64,000 nucleotides of DNA from an uncultured Thermoleophilia bacterium. Its GTDB lineage: Bacteria > Actinomycetota > Thermoleophilia > UBA2241. Below the pieces are notes generated by a model. That model did not search any database and was not told the origin of the DNA. It worked only from the letters and a program-made list of their open reading frames with translations. The stretch lies in contig CAVQSP010000013.1 of the NCBI GenBank assembly GCA_963715985.1, forward strand, positions 1 to 64,000, in the 5' to 3' direction. Made by a program: the position numbers and the translations under genes. Of this stretch, positions 49,974 to 60,905 are shown piece by piece. Position 1 is the first letter of the stretch. Each line of letters begins with the position of its first letter.

Positions 49974-52123
49974 TCACACCTTCCCGGCGGTCGCCGCCGG
50001 GACGTCCGCGTGCACGGAGTCCTCGCCTCGGCGTCCAGCTCCGAGCCGGACCCCTGCATCGGGTAGTCCTCGGGGACGTAGTTGAGCAGCACCTCGCCGG
50101 GCGCGTGGCGCAAGACGTACGTCACCGCGCTGCCGAGCAGGTCGTCCGTGCGCAGCTTGCGCACCGCCCCCATGATGACGACGTCGCAGTTCCACTCTGT
50201 GGCGGTGTCGACGATGGCGCGCCCCCGGTGGCGCGAGAGCACGAGGTGCGGCCACGCCTCGACTCCGAACTCCTGCGCCACGAGCAGGGCCGCGTCGAGG
50301 ACCCGCTTGCCCCGCTGCCGCTCCGTCGGCATGGGCGCGTCGAGCGGGAGGTTCATGGGGACCTCGACGACGTACACGACGTCGATGACGGCCCCCTTGT
50401 CGGCGGCCAGCTGGCAGCCGAGGACCATCATCTCGTCGCTCAGGCGAGTGCCGAGCACGGGCACCAGGATGCGTTCGTAGTCGACGTCCGAGCGGGCCGC
50501 GGCGGGCAGCAGCGCCTCCCGTGGCTGGCGCAGGAGAGCCTGCCCGGCGCTGCGCCGGTAGATGACGTACATGAGCAGGCCGGCCGCCATCCAGGCGAAG
50601 CCGAGGATGCGGCCGGCGGGATGGGTGGCCACCATCACGACCCAGATCGTGGCCGTGGCCACGGCGCCGATCACCGCCGGCAGAGGCAGAGACGCTCCAC
50701 CCGACCTGACGCTGAACGGCACGACGAACGGCCGTGAGAGCGCAGGCTCGCGATAGCGCAACTTGATGACCGAGAGGTGGGTCGCCGTGAACGCGAGCAT
50801 CGCCCCGAATCCGAACAGGCCGAGCAGGATCAGCGGATCCTCAGGCACGAGCAGGACGGCGGCCGCGCACGCGAACAGCACGACGCCCACGAACGGCTCC
50901 ATGCGCGCGGCCAAGACGCGTCCGAGCACAGGCGGTGCCTGGCGGTGGCGGGCCAGCGAGTAGAGCACCCGGGAGGAACCTCCGATCACGCCGTTGGCCG
51001 CGAGCAGAAGGGCGACGGCGATGACGATGGCCACCCAGGGACGGAGCAGCCGCTGAAGCCACTGCAGGTCGCCGGGCAGGGCGGCCACGATGCCCATCAG
51101 GGGGTCCTCGAGGTAGGCGCTGCCGAGGAGCGTGCCGTGCAGGCGCGTGCCCTGCCCGCCGGGTACGGCGAAGACGTCGCCCTCCGGCTTCTGCGCGGGG
51201 ATCACGTGGCCCTCGCCCTGCGCGGCGACCGGCACCACGACGGTGACGGAGGGATCCGATTCGTACACGTAGACGCCCGTCTTGTCGCCGGGGACGACCG
51301 GGACCGGCACCGTCAGCCCGGTGGCGGTGTCCACCGGCACCACGTTGGCGGCCGTGGGCATGGCCGACAGGCCCACCACGGCCAGCGCCACGCTGAGGAT
51401 CACGATGAGCGGCAAGACGAGGTTGATGGTGAGGGGCACGTCGCGACCGGGGCGCAGGGCGCTCTCGGCGCGGCTGGACACGGCGTCGAGGCCCGTGAAC
51501 GCCGCCGCCGCGAGCGGCACGGCGAACAGCAGACGGCTCCAGGTGGGGGCGCTCCCCAGGTCGATCTGGCTCCAGGCGACCCCAGGGCGGAAGAGCACGA
51601 AGAGGCCGAGCAGGATGAGGAGCACGAGCGTGACCAGCCCGAGGACGGCCATCAGGGCGCCCAGGCGCGGCGACTCGTGCAGCCCGAGCAGGTTGAGGGC
51701 CACGAGCAGGACCAGCACCCCGACGCTCACGAGCAGATCGTAGGGCCGGCCCTCCAGCTGCGGCCAGACGGCGCCCAGGTAGGACGGGACGAACTTGCAG
51801 GCGATGGCCACCAGGATGATGGAGTCGAGCAGGAGGGCCCAGGCGGCGGCGAAGCCGGTCAGAGGGTCGAAGGCGCGACGCGCGAAGCTCGCCACGCCGC
51901 TGGCCTCCGGCATGGCCGCGGACGCCTCGGCGTAGGACCAGGCGGTCAGGATGAACACCAGGCCCACGACGAGGATGAGGATGGGCGTGACGCCGAGCGC
52001 ATAGAGGGCGATACCGCCGAGGACGAAGTAGATGGACGTGCCGATGTAGCTGTAGGCGTTGCCGAGGAGACCACCGACCCCGACAAGTCCGCCGAACGTC
52101 ACCTGCTGTCGTCTCTTCGCCAC
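49974..52123 (-). CDS. APC-family permease fused to USP domain (3' frameshift likely)
   Basis: GTSIYFVLG, SYAEASAAMPEASG, multiple TMs; C-terminal RILVPVLG...LLGSAVTYVLRHAPGEV. Confidence 0.88.
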
Positions 52124-52169
52124 GCGCCCACGCCTCCCGGCCGCCCCGGCTCGAGCCCCGTGCCGGGCC

Positions 52170-52198
52170 ACGCTAGCACCGCCGCCCGCCGCGCTCAA
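52170..52198 (-). promoter_or_regulatory. Putative sigma70-type promoter of the APC-trk operon
   Basis: TTGAGC - 17 nt - TAGCGT with extended TG, ~45 nt upstream of the GTG. Confidence 0.4.
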
Positions 52199-52409
52199 GT
52201 GCCTTCCCTCCTCGTTCCGACGAATGAGGGGACTCTCATCCGCAGGATGGAGACGGCTCTCGTTCTCCGGATACGTCTCCGGCCTTTTCCTGACGGCAGG
52301 GCACGGAGTATCCTTGCCGTCAGTCGAGGTCGTGCGAGGCGGCGACGTTGGGAGGGCCGGCGTCCGTCGCATCGACGGCCGTCATGAGTGGCCCCGACGC
52401 GAGGTGCCC

Positions 52410-53033
52410 GTGGACGAACAACTCCAGAGCCTGCTGGACCGCATCCAGCGCGAGGGTGTGGAGCGCGCCGAGGCGGAGGCCGCGCGCATCGTCGCGGAGG
52501 CGGACCAGCAGGCGCGACGCATCGTGTCGGCGGCCGAGACGGAGGCGGCGGAGGTCCGCGCCCGCGCCGAGGTGGACACGGCGGCGAGCGTCGCGCGCGC
52601 CGAGAAGGCCCTCGAACAGGCGGCGCGCGACTTCCTGCTCTCCCTGCGGAACAGCATCGAGGCCCTCCTGCGCGAAAGCCTCTGCGGCGCGCTCGCCGAC
52701 GCGCTCGCGCCCACCGTGGTCGCCGAGATGCTGGTCCGTCTGGCGGACGCATACGCCGCCCACGACATGAACGAGAGCCGCGTGGACGTGCTGCTCTCCG
52801 CCGAGGACCAGGATGCCGTGGCCGCGGTCGTCATGGAGAAGTACCGGGCCCTGGTCTCACAGGGGCTGACTCTTCGGCCCGACGAGCGCATCGACAAGGG
52901 CTTCAAAGTGTCGTTCGTGGACGACAACCTGTACCACGACTTCACGGCGGAGGCGCTCGCCGACGCGCTCGCCCCGGTCCTCAAACCCCCGCTGTGCGAC
53001 ATCGTCCGGCGGGCCGCGGCGGAGCTCGGCTGA
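52410..53033 (+). CDS. atpE: V/A-type ATPase subunit E
   Basis: DEQLQSLLDRIQREGVERAEAEA..GFKVSF..YHDFTAEALA. Confidence 0.88.
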   Translation: MDEQLQSLLDRIQREGVERAEAEAARIVAEADQQARRIVSAAETEAAEVRARAEVDTAASVARAEKALEQAARDFLLSLRNSIEALLRESLCGALADALAPTVVAEMLVRLADAYAAHDMNESRVDVLLSAEDQDAVAAVVMEKYRALVSQGLTLRPDERIDKGFKVSFVDDNLYHDFTAEALADALAPVLKPPLCDIVRRAAAELG

Positions 53034-53570
53034 GTGGAGTACGTCTACCTCCTGGCCGGATTGCCTCGCCTGGAACTGACCGATTCGCCGCCCCTCACCT
53101 CCGCCGGGCTTCTGGCCGCGATGGACGGCGTGGTGCGGCCGGACCATCGCGAGGAGGTCCGGGCGATCCTCCAGGGCAGGTTCGACGACGTGCGCCACAC
53201 CGAGGCCCGGAGGTACCTGGACCTGGACATTCAGCTCCGCAATGCCCTGGCCCGCCTGCGCGCGCGCCGCGCCGGCGCCGAGTACGATGCGCGGGCGCAT
53301 ACGCATCAAGGCTACGACCTGCGCTGCGAGGCCACCGCCGCTCACGCCGGCGCTCTGCAGGACCCGCTGGCGCGCGAGCTCGCCCTCGACCGCTTCCGCT
53401 GGGCCCTGCTCGACGAGATCGCGACGATGCCGGCCTTCGGCGTCCAGGCCCTCTTCGCCTACGCGTTCAAGCTGCGTCTCAGCGAGAAGTGGGCGGCGAT
53501 GAGCGACGAGCGCGGCCTGGAGCTGACGGCCGAGATCGTGGAACGTGAGCTCGCGGGGAGAGTGTCGTGA
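53034..53570 (+). CDS. DUF2764 family V-ATPase-associated (subunit C-like) protein
   Basis: YVYLLAGLPRL, LRNALARLRA, DPLARELALDRFRW; lies between subunits E and A. Confidence 0.8.
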   Translation: MEYVYLLAGLPRLELTDSPPLTSAGLLAAMDGVVRPDHREEVRAILQGRFDDVRHTEARRYLDLDIQLRNALARLRARRAGAEYDARAHTHQGYDLRCEATAAHAGALQDPLARELALDRFRWALLDEIATMPAFGVQALFAYAFKLRLSEKWAAMSDERGLELTAEIVERELAGRVS

Positions 53571-55301
53571 GCGTGCGCAGCGGTCGCGTGATGGGGGTCA
53601 ACGGCAACCTCGTCACAGTGGAGTTCGACGCCGCCGTGACCCAGAACGAGGTCGCTTACGTCCTGCAGGACGACGTGCGGCTCATCGCCGAGGTCATCCG
53701 CGTGCGCGGTCGCTATGCCGACGCGCAGGTGTTCGAGAGCACTGCCGGCGTCAGGGTCGGCGACCCCGTGGAGCTCATGGGCGACCTGCTCTCGGTCGAG
53801 CTCGGCCCCGGGCTGCTCGCCGAGGTGTACGACGGCCTGCAGAACCCGCTCAACGTCATCGCCGAGCGGCACGGCTTCTTCCTGCCGCGAGGCGTGCAGG
53901 TCGAGGCGCTGCCTCGCGACCGCGCCTGGGAGTTCCGGCCGCGCGCCGACCGCAGGCGACCTCGTACGCGCCGGCGACACGCTGGGCGTGGTCCCCGAGG
54001 GCATCTTCGAGCACCGCATCATGGCGCCCTTCGCGCTCGAAGGGGTGGCGGAGGTGGTCGAGGTCGCCTCCGCCGGCGAGCACACGGTCAGCGACCGGAT
54101 CGCCGTGCTGCGCGACCGCACCGGCGACCTGCGTGACGTGACCATGCTGCAGACGTGGCCGGTCAAGCGGCCCATCCGCTGTTATGCGGAGCGGCTGCGC
54201 CCCACGGAGCAGCTGGTGACCAGCATGCGCATCCTCGACACGTTCTTCCCGGTGGCCAAGGGCGGCACCTACTGCATCCCCGGCCCGTTCGGCGCCGGCA
54301 AGACGGTGCTGCAGCAACTCACCAGCCGCCACGCCGAGGTGGATGTGGTGGTCGTGGCGGCCTGTGGGGAGCGCGCCGGCGAGGTGGTGGAGACGCTGCG
54401 CGAGTTCCCGATGCTCACCGACCCGCGCACCGGCCGCAGCCTCATGGAGCGCACGGTCATCATCTGCAATACCAGCTCCATGCCGGTGGCGGCTCGCGAG
54501 GCGTCCGTGTACACGGCCGTGACCATCGCCGAGTACTACCGCCAGATGGGCCTGCACGTGCTGCTGCTCGCCGACTCCACCTCGCGCTGGGCACAGGCGC
54601 TGCGCGAGATGTCGGGGCGGCTGGAGGAGATCCCGGGCGAGGAGGCGTTCCCGGCCTACCTCGAATCGGTGATCGCCGCCTTCTACGAGCGCGCCGCCCT
54701 CGTGCGCCTCAACGACGGCTCGTTCGGCTCCGTGACCATCGGCGGCACCGTGAGCCCCGCCGGCGGAGACTTCGAAGAACCGGTCACGCAGTCCACCCTC
54801 AAGGTGGTCGGCGCCTTCCACGGCCTCTCCCGGCAGCGCTCGGACGCACGCAGGTACCCTGCCATCGACCCGCTCGACAGCTGGAGCAAGTACCCGAGCA
54901 TCGTGCCCGACCGCGAGATAGCCCTGGCGCGGGACGTGCTCACGAAGGGCCACGAGGTCCAGGAGATGATGAAGGTGGTCGAGGAGGAGGGCACGGCGAT
55001 GGCCGACTTCGTCGTGTACCTCAAGGCCGAGTACCTGGACGCCGTATACCTGCAGCAGGATGCGTTCGACCCCGTTGACGGCGCGTCGCCCGCCGAGCGC
55101 CAGCGGCACGTGTTCGCGCACGTGGCCGGCGTGCTGGCGGCGGACGTGGACTTCGTCGACAAGGACGCCGCGCGCTCGTTCTTCCAGGCGCTGACGCAGG
55201 CCACCAAAGACTGGAACCGGGCGGCGATGGACGACGAGTCCTTTGCCGCCGCTGAGGCCCGGCTCAGGGCCATGCTCTCGGAAGTGATGGCCGATGCGTA
55301 A
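53567..55301 (+). CDS. atpA: V/A-type ATPase subunit A, frameshift near 53945
   Basis: [34 protein letters not shown] and [31 protein letters not shown]. Confidence 0.95.
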
Positions 55302-56592
55302 GGTGTACCAGCAGATCGCGCAGATCGCCGGCAACGTCGTCACCGTGCGCGCGACGGGCGTGGGCAACCAGGAGCTGGCGCAGATCGAGGCGCCCGGCTT
55401 CTCCTCGCTGGCCCAGGTGATCCGCATCGAGGGCGACAGTGTGACGATGCAGGTGTTCTCGGGCACGCGAGGGGTGCCCACCGACGCCGAGATCCGCTTC
55501 CTCGGGCGCCAGGCCCTGACGCCCTACTCCGAGGCGCTTCTGGGACGCGTGTTCACCGGCGGAGGCACGCCGCGTGACGGCGGGCCGTCGCTGGAGGAGG
55601 ACCTCATCCCCATCACCGGCCCCACCGTGAACCCGGCGCGGCGCATCGTCCCGAGCAAGATGATCCGCACCGGCATCCCGATGATCGACGTGTTCAACAG
55701 CCTCGTGGAGTCGCAGAAGCTGCCGATCTTCTCCGTCGCCGGCGAGCCCTACAACCAGCTGCTGGCGCGCATCGCCCTGAACGCCGAGGTCGACATCATC
55801 GTGCTCGGTGGTATGGGTCTGAAGTACGACGACTACCTGTACTTCCGCGACACGCTCGAGGAGCGAGGCGCTCTCTCCCGCGCCATCATGTACGTGCACA
55901 CGGCCGCCGACCCCGTGGTCGAGTGCCTGCTGGTGCCGGACACGTGCCTCGCGGTCGCGGAGCGCTTCGCCCTCGAGGGCAAGCGCGTGCTGGTCCTGCT
56001 CACCGACATGACCAACTTCGCCGACTCCCTCAAGGAGGTGGCGATCACCATGGAGCAGATCCCCTCCACGCGCGGATATCCGGGCGACCTGTACAGCCAG
56101 CTCGCCGCGCGCTACGAGAAGGCGGTGGACTTCGAGGGCGCCGGCTCCGTGACCGTGCTGGCCGTGACCACCATGCCCGGCGACGACGTCACGCACCCGA
56201 TCCCCGACAACACCGGCTACATCACCGAGGGCCAGTTCTACCTGAGGAACGGTCGCATCGAGCCGTTCGGCTCCCTGAGCCGCCTCAAGCAGCAGGTCAA
56301 CGCCCGCACGCGCGACGACCATCGCACGATCATGAACACGATGATCCAGCTGTACGCGGGGTTCAAGGAGAGCCAGGAGAAGCAGTCCATGGGCTTTCGC
56401 ATGAGCTCCTGGGACGAGAAGCTGCTCAAGTACGGCGCCCTCTTCGAGGGGCACATGATGGACCTCGGCGTGACCATGTCGCTCGAGGAGGCGCTGGACC
56501 TCGGCTGGCGCATCCTGGCGGACTGCTTCACGCCGCAGGAGACCGGCATCCCCACCAGCCTGGTCGAGCGGTTCTGGCCGGCGCCGGGGTGA
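55294..56592 (+). CDS. atpB: V/A-type ATPase subunit B
   Basis: [25 protein letters not shown] and [15 protein letters not shown]. Confidence 0.96.
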   Translation: MRKVYQQIAQIAGNVVTVRATGVGNQELAQIEAPGFSSLAQVIRIEGDSVTMQVFSGTRGVPTDAEIRFLGRQALTPYSEALLGRVFTGGGTPRDGGPSLEEDLIPITGPTVNPARRIVPSKMIRTGIPMIDVFNSLVESQKLPIFSVAGEPYNQLLARIALNAEVDIIVLGGMGLKYDDYLYFRDTLEERGALSRAIMYVHTAADPVVECLLVPDTCLAVAERFALEGKRVLVLLTDMTNFADSLKEVAITMEQIPSTRGYPGDLYSQLAARYEKAVDFEGAGSVTVLAVTTMPGDDVTHPIPDNTGYITEGQFYLRNGRIEPFGSLSRLKQQVNARTRDDHRTIMNTMIQLYAGFKESQEKQSMGFRMSSWDEKLLKYGALFEGHMMDLGVTMSLEEALDLGWRILADCFTPQETGIPTSLVERFWPAPG

Positions 56593-56595
56593 GTC

Positions 56596-57210
56596 ATGGC
56601 CAAGGTCAAGAAGACCAAGAACGAGCTCAAGGCGCAGCGCGAGGCGCTGCGCCGGTACGAGCGTTTTCTGCCCACGCTGGAGCTCAAGAAGCAGCAGCTC
56701 CAGCGTGAGGTGCGGCGCGCCGAGGCCGAGCTGCAGCGCTGTGTGGCGCGCCGCGAGGAGCTGCTCGGCGACGTGCGCCCGTGGGTCAAGCTCCTGCCGC
56801 TGCTCCCGGACCTCGGCGAGTACGTGCGCCTCGAGGGCGTCGAGCTGGACACGGTCAATGTGGCCGGCGTGAACGTCCCAGTGCTCGCCGGCCTCAGCTT
56901 CGCCCGCGTGGAGATCGACTACTTCGCCACGCCGGCGTGGCTCGACGACGCCGTCGAGGCGCTCGGCGAGCTGGTCCGGCTGCGCGCGGAGCAGCTCGTG
57001 CTGGGGCGCCGGCGCGACCTTCTCGCCGAGGAGCTCCGCCTCACCTCCCAGCGCGTGAACCTCTTCGAGAAGGTGATGATCCCGCGGGCCCTGGAGAACA
57101 TCCGCATCATCCGTATCGCCCAGGGTGACGCGCAGACGGCGGCCGTGGCGCGCGCCAAGCTGGCCAAGAGCAAGGCCGTGAGCGTGCTGTCCGGGAGCGC
57201 GGCGCAGTGA
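56596..57210 (+). CDS. atpD: V/A-type ATPase subunit D
   Basis: TKNELK..LPTLELKK and TSQRVNLFEKVMIP. Confidence 0.93.
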   Translation: MAKVKKTKNELKAQREALRRYERFLPTLELKKQQLQREVRRAEAELQRCVARREELLGDVRPWVKLLPLLPDLGEYVRLEGVELDTVNVAGVNVPVLAGLSFARVEIDYFATPAWLDDAVEALGELVRLRAEQLVLGRRRDLLAEELRLTSQRVNLFEKVMIPRALENIRIIRIAQGDAQTAAVARAKLAKSKAVSVLSGSAAQ

Positions 57211-59009
57211 TCGTGCGCATGAAACGTCTCACGCTGCTGTGCCTCGCGGCCCGGCGGGAGGAGGCCCTGGAGGCGCTGCGCGACGTGGGCGTCGTCCACG
57301 TCACGGACGTGCGCCCGCCCGAGGGCGAGGAGCTGGACGCGCTGCGCGCGCGCATGGCGGACGCGCAGCGCGCCGTCGATGCGCTCCCAGCGAAGACGAC
57401 GTCCGCCGCCGCGGCGGACGAGCTTGGGCAGCGTCCGCCCTCCGAGCTCGTCGCAGAGGTGCTCCAGGTACTCGGCCGGCGGCGTGAGGTGGAAGAGGCC
57501 GCGGCGAGATTGCGCGGCGAGCTCGCCCGGTACGACGGCTTCGGGGAGTTCGACCTTGCCTCAGTGCAGGGGCTCGGCGCGGCCGGCGTCACCGTGGTCC
57601 TCGGTACGGCACCCCCGGCGGCGGAGCTGACGGCGCCGCCGGGTGTCGTTCTCACCACCCTGCGCCTCGACCGGCGAGGCCGGCTGTTCACGCTGGCGAT
57701 GCGCAATGATCTGGCGCCCGAGACGATGGACCTGGGCGCGCACTACGACCTCGTTCCGTGGCCGGACGTGTCTCCGAGCCAGATGAGGGACGAGCTCGCC
57801 GGCTGCGACGCGGAATCTGCGCGGGTCCACGCCGAGCTGGAGTCGCTCGCCGCGGCCAGACCGGCCCTCGAGCGGTACGTGGCGGAGACCGCCGACGTCG
57901 TCCGCTTCGCCGAGGTCCGCGCCGGCATGGGCGACGCCGACACGCTGGCGGTGCTGCAGGGCTACGTGCCGGCGGCCGACGGCGACGCGGTCAGAGCGGC
58001 GGCCTCTGCACATGGCTGGGGGGTGGTCTTCGCCGACCCCCAGCCGGGCGAGGACGTGCCCACGCTCCTGCATCAGTCACGCTGGGTGAAGCCGGTGCGC
58101 ACGGTGTTCGACTTCCTGCACATCTACCCCGGCTACTGGGAGGCCGACGCGGGCTGGGTCTTCCTGCCCTTCTTCAGCCTGTTCTTCGCGATGATCGTCG
58201 GCGACGCCGGGTACGCCTGCCTCCTGCTGTTGCTCACGGGCGTGCTGCAGTGGCGCGTCAAGAGGATCCCCCGGAACGTGCTCCACATGATGTACATCGC
58301 CGGCGGCGCCACCCTGGTCTGGGGCGTGCTCACGGGCAGCTACTTCGGCATCCCCACGCTGCCGCCGGCGCTGGAGGCGCTGTCGGTCCCCTGGCTCTCC
58401 GACCGCGACAACCTCATCGACCTCTGCTTCTTCATCGGCGCCGTGCACCTCTCGTTCGCGCACGTGTGGAACCTGGTCTCGCTCGTCTCCACGAGGTCGT
58501 GGTTCAGGGTCCCCTCGCAGGTCGGCTGGCTGCTCGTGGTGTGGTCGATGTTCTTTCTCGCCCGAGGGGCCGTGCTCGGGCGCGGCGCGCCGTCGTACCT
58601 CCTCTACCTGCTGGGCGCGGGTATCCTCCTGGTCGCGGTGTTCATGAAGACGCCCCGGGAGGTCAGGGCGGAGTGGATCGACCACGCCATGCTGCCGCTG
58701 ACCATGGTCGGCAACTTCGTGGACATCCTCTCGTACATCCGCCTGTTCGCCGTGGGCTACGCGTCGGTGGCCGTGCTCGCGGCGTTCAACGGCATGGCCG
58801 CGTCCATCGGCTTCGACAGCGTGCTCACGGCCGTTGCCGCGAGCATCCTGCTGCTCTTCGCCAACGCGCTCAACATCGTGCTCGCGGGGCTCGGCGTGCT
58901 GGTCCACGCCGTGCGTCTCAACACGCTCGAGTTCTCCACGCACAAAGGCCTTGCCTGGCAGGGCCACACCTTGTACACCCCGTTCGCCAGACGCCGCGAG
59001 GCGGCGTGA
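57207..59009 (+). CDS. atpI: V/A-type ATPase subunit I
   Basis: FFAMIVGDAGY, DILSYIRLFAVG and VHAVRLNTLEF. Confidence 0.94.
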   Translation: MIVRMKRLTLLCLAARREEALEALRDVGVVHVTDVRPPEGEELDALRARMADAQRAVDALPAKTTSAAAADELGQRPPSELVAEVLQVLGRRREVEEAAARLRGELARYDGFGEFDLASVQGLGAAGVTVVLGTAPPAAELTAPPGVVLTTLRLDRRGRLFTLAMRNDLAPETMDLGAHYDLVPWPDVSPSQMRDELAGCDAESARVHAELESLAAARPALERYVAETADVVRFAEVRAGMGDADTLAVLQGYVPAADGDAVRAAASAHGWGVVFADPQPGEDVPTLLHQSRWVKPVRTVFDFLHIYPGYWEADAGWVFLPFFSLFFAMIVGDAGYACLLLLLTGVLQWRVKRIPRNVLHMMYIAGGATLVWGVLTGSYFGIPTLPPALEALSVPWLSDRDNLIDLCFFIGAVHLSFAHVWNLVSLVSTRSWFRVPSQVGWLLVVWSMFFLARGAVLGRGAPSYLLYLLGAGILLVAVFMKTPREVRAEWIDHAMLPLTMVGNFVDILSYIRLFAVGYASVAVLAAFNGMAASIGFDSVLTAVAASILLLFANALNIVLAGLGVLVHAVRLNTLEFSTHKGLAWQGHTLYTPFARRREAA

Positions 59010-59037
59010 CCGCCGGGCGGACCGGACAGAGGAAGGG

Positions 59038-59496
59038 ATGTCGATGAGTCCTGAAGCCGCAGCCGAGATGGGGCGCATCGGTGCCGTGGCCGCCATGGCA
59101 CTGGCGGCCGTGGGGTCCGGGATCGGCACCTACTACGGCGGCGCCGGCGCGGTGGGCGCCTGGAAGAAGCTGATGGCCCAAGGCAAGCCGGCGCCGTTCA
59201 CGATGATCACGTTCGTGGGCGCGCCGCTGTCGCAGACCATCTACGGCATGATCCTGATGATCACCATGACGGGCAAGGCCGACGCGGGCTACGACCCCTG
59301 GGCACTGCTCGGCATCGGCATCGCCGCCGGCCTGGCCATCGGCGTGTCGGCCTACGGCCAAGGCAAGGCCGGCGCTCACTGCGCCGACGCCCTCGCCGAG
59401 ACCGGCCAGGGGTTCAGCAACTACCTGGCCGTGATCGGCATCATCGAGACGGTGGCGATCTTCGTGCTGGTCTTCACCATCCTGGCGCTGGGCTGA
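59038..59496 (+). CDS. atpK: V/A-type ATPase subunit K (4-TM proteolipid)
   Basis: GAPLSQTIYG, SAYGQG and GIIETVAIF; 152 aa. Confidence 0.93.
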   Translation: MSMSPEAAAEMGRIGAVAAMALAAVGSGIGTYYGGAGAVGAWKKLMAQGKPAPFTMITFVGAPLSQTIYGMILMITMTGKADAGYDPWALLGIGIAAGLAIGVSAYGQGKAGAHCADALAETGQGFSNYLAVIGIIETVAIFVLVFTILALG

Positions 59497-59505
59497 CGCC
59501 GTCGC

Positions 59506-60264
59506 TCACTGCGCCGTCATCGCGCCGTCGGCGACCAGCACGGTGCCGGTGACGAACGACGACTCGTCCGAGGCCAGGAAGAGCGCGCAGTTGGCGATCT
59601 CGCGCGGCTCGCCGGGCCGGCCGATGGGCTGGAACGAGTCGATGGTCGCGTACACGTGCTCGAGGCCGCCGAGCATCTCGGCGTGTGCGTAGTTGACCGG
59701 CGTGTCCACCCAGCCGGGGGCGATGGCGTTGCAGCGGATGCCCTTCTTCACGTAGTCGAGGGCGATGCCCTTGGACAGCATCACGATGGCGCCCTTGGAG
59801 GCGGCGTACACGGTGAGGAAGGGCTCGGCGACGATGCCGTTCACCGAGGTGGTGTTGATGAGCGAGCCGCCGCCTTGCTCGAGCATGTACGGGATGGCGT
59901 AGCGGCACCCGTACATGGTGCCCTTGACGTTGACGTCCAGCGTGCGGTCGATGACGTCGTCGGGCACCTCGTGGAACACGCCCGGCAGGTTGACGCCGGC
60001 GTTCTGGAAGGCGACGTCGAGCCTGCCCCAGCGGCGCACCGTGTCGTCGGTGTAGCTCTGCACCTCGCCGGGGTCGGCGATGTCGCAGGTGACGGCGAAG
60101 GCGGCGTCCCCGATCATCGCCACCGTCTCCTCCACCGTGGCGGCGTTGATGTCCACGCAGGTGACGAGCGCGCCCTCCTCCGCGAACCTGATGGCCGTGG
60201 CCCTGCCGATGCCGGACCCCGCCCCGGTGACGATGGTCACTTTGCCGTCCAGGCGTCCGCTCAT
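59506..60264 (-). CDS. Short-chain dehydrogenase/reductase
   Basis: TGAGSGIG, NAG, YAASKG and NAIAPG; SD ggagg. Confidence 0.93.
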   Translation of the reverse strand: MSGRLDGKVTIVTGAGSGIGRATAIRFAEEGALVTCVDINAATVEETVAMIGDAAFAVTCDIADPGEVQSYTDDTVRRWGRLDVAFQNAGVNLPGVFHEVPDDVIDRTLDVNVKGTMYGCRYAIPYMLEQGGGSLINTTSVNGIVAEPFLTVYAASKGAIVMLSKGIALDYVKKGIRCNAIAPGWVDTPVNYAHAEMLGGLEHVYATIDSFQPIGRPGEPREIANCALFLASDESSFVTGTVLVADGAMTAQ

Positions 60265-60448
60265 GAGATCCTCCCGTGGTCGTCGCTGCGCCGGCGCCCT
60301 CGCGGGCCGCGAGTGGCTCAGCCCCGCTTCCGGGCACAAGTGAATCCCACTGGGGCGGCGGCGACAATCCCGGGCGGCCGCCCGGGCCGATAGTCGCTGT
60401 GGCCAGGGGCAAGCGGGGCAGGAGGGGCGCGGGTGATGGCTGGTCACT

Positions 60449-60567
60449 ACTGCGCCGACGCGCTCGCCGAGACGGGCAAGGGGTTCAGCGACTATCTCGC
60501 CGTCATCGGCATCGTCGAGACGGTGGCCATCTTCGTGCTCGTCTCCACGCTGCTGGCGCTGGGCTGA
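60449..60567 (+). repeat. Diverged direct-repeat copy of the atpK 3' end (59378-59496)
   Basis: 119 bp colinear, including the stop codon; 14 mismatches by manual comparison. Confidence 0.92.
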
Positions 60568-60905
60568 GGACGGCGGGGCTCGGGGCCCTACCCGCCCGCC
60601 GGGCGCGGACGGTATGGAGGCCGCGCGGCGCACATAAACGACGGCATGCGCATGACCGATCCGTCGTGAGGGAACCCACATGGATGTGGAGGGGTTCGCG
60701 CGGTCTTGCGGGCCCGAAAGGATGACGGCCCGGCCGACCGAACAGATTCGACATGGCCCATCCGAGGTCCTCCGGGGCGGGCGCCAGGCCCCTGGGGAGC
60801 AGGGAGGAGGTACATGGAAGCGCGTAGCGGTGGTGCTCGGCGCCTGATCGGAAGGGACGCCCGAGATTCACGACTCTTCCGATCCCGGATCGAAGGGGGG
60901 GAGTA

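Noticed and set aside
52200-52330. c-di-AMP or other riboswitch upstream of the K+ transport genes
   Set aside because: A hairpin exists (tgacggcagg...ccttgccgtca, 52291-52322) but I see no riboswitch consensus, and the predicted promoter lies downstream of it.
53567-55301. Programmed frameshift or pseudogene in atpA
   Set aside because: The rest of the operon is intact and similar indels occur throughout the window; most likely a sequencing error.
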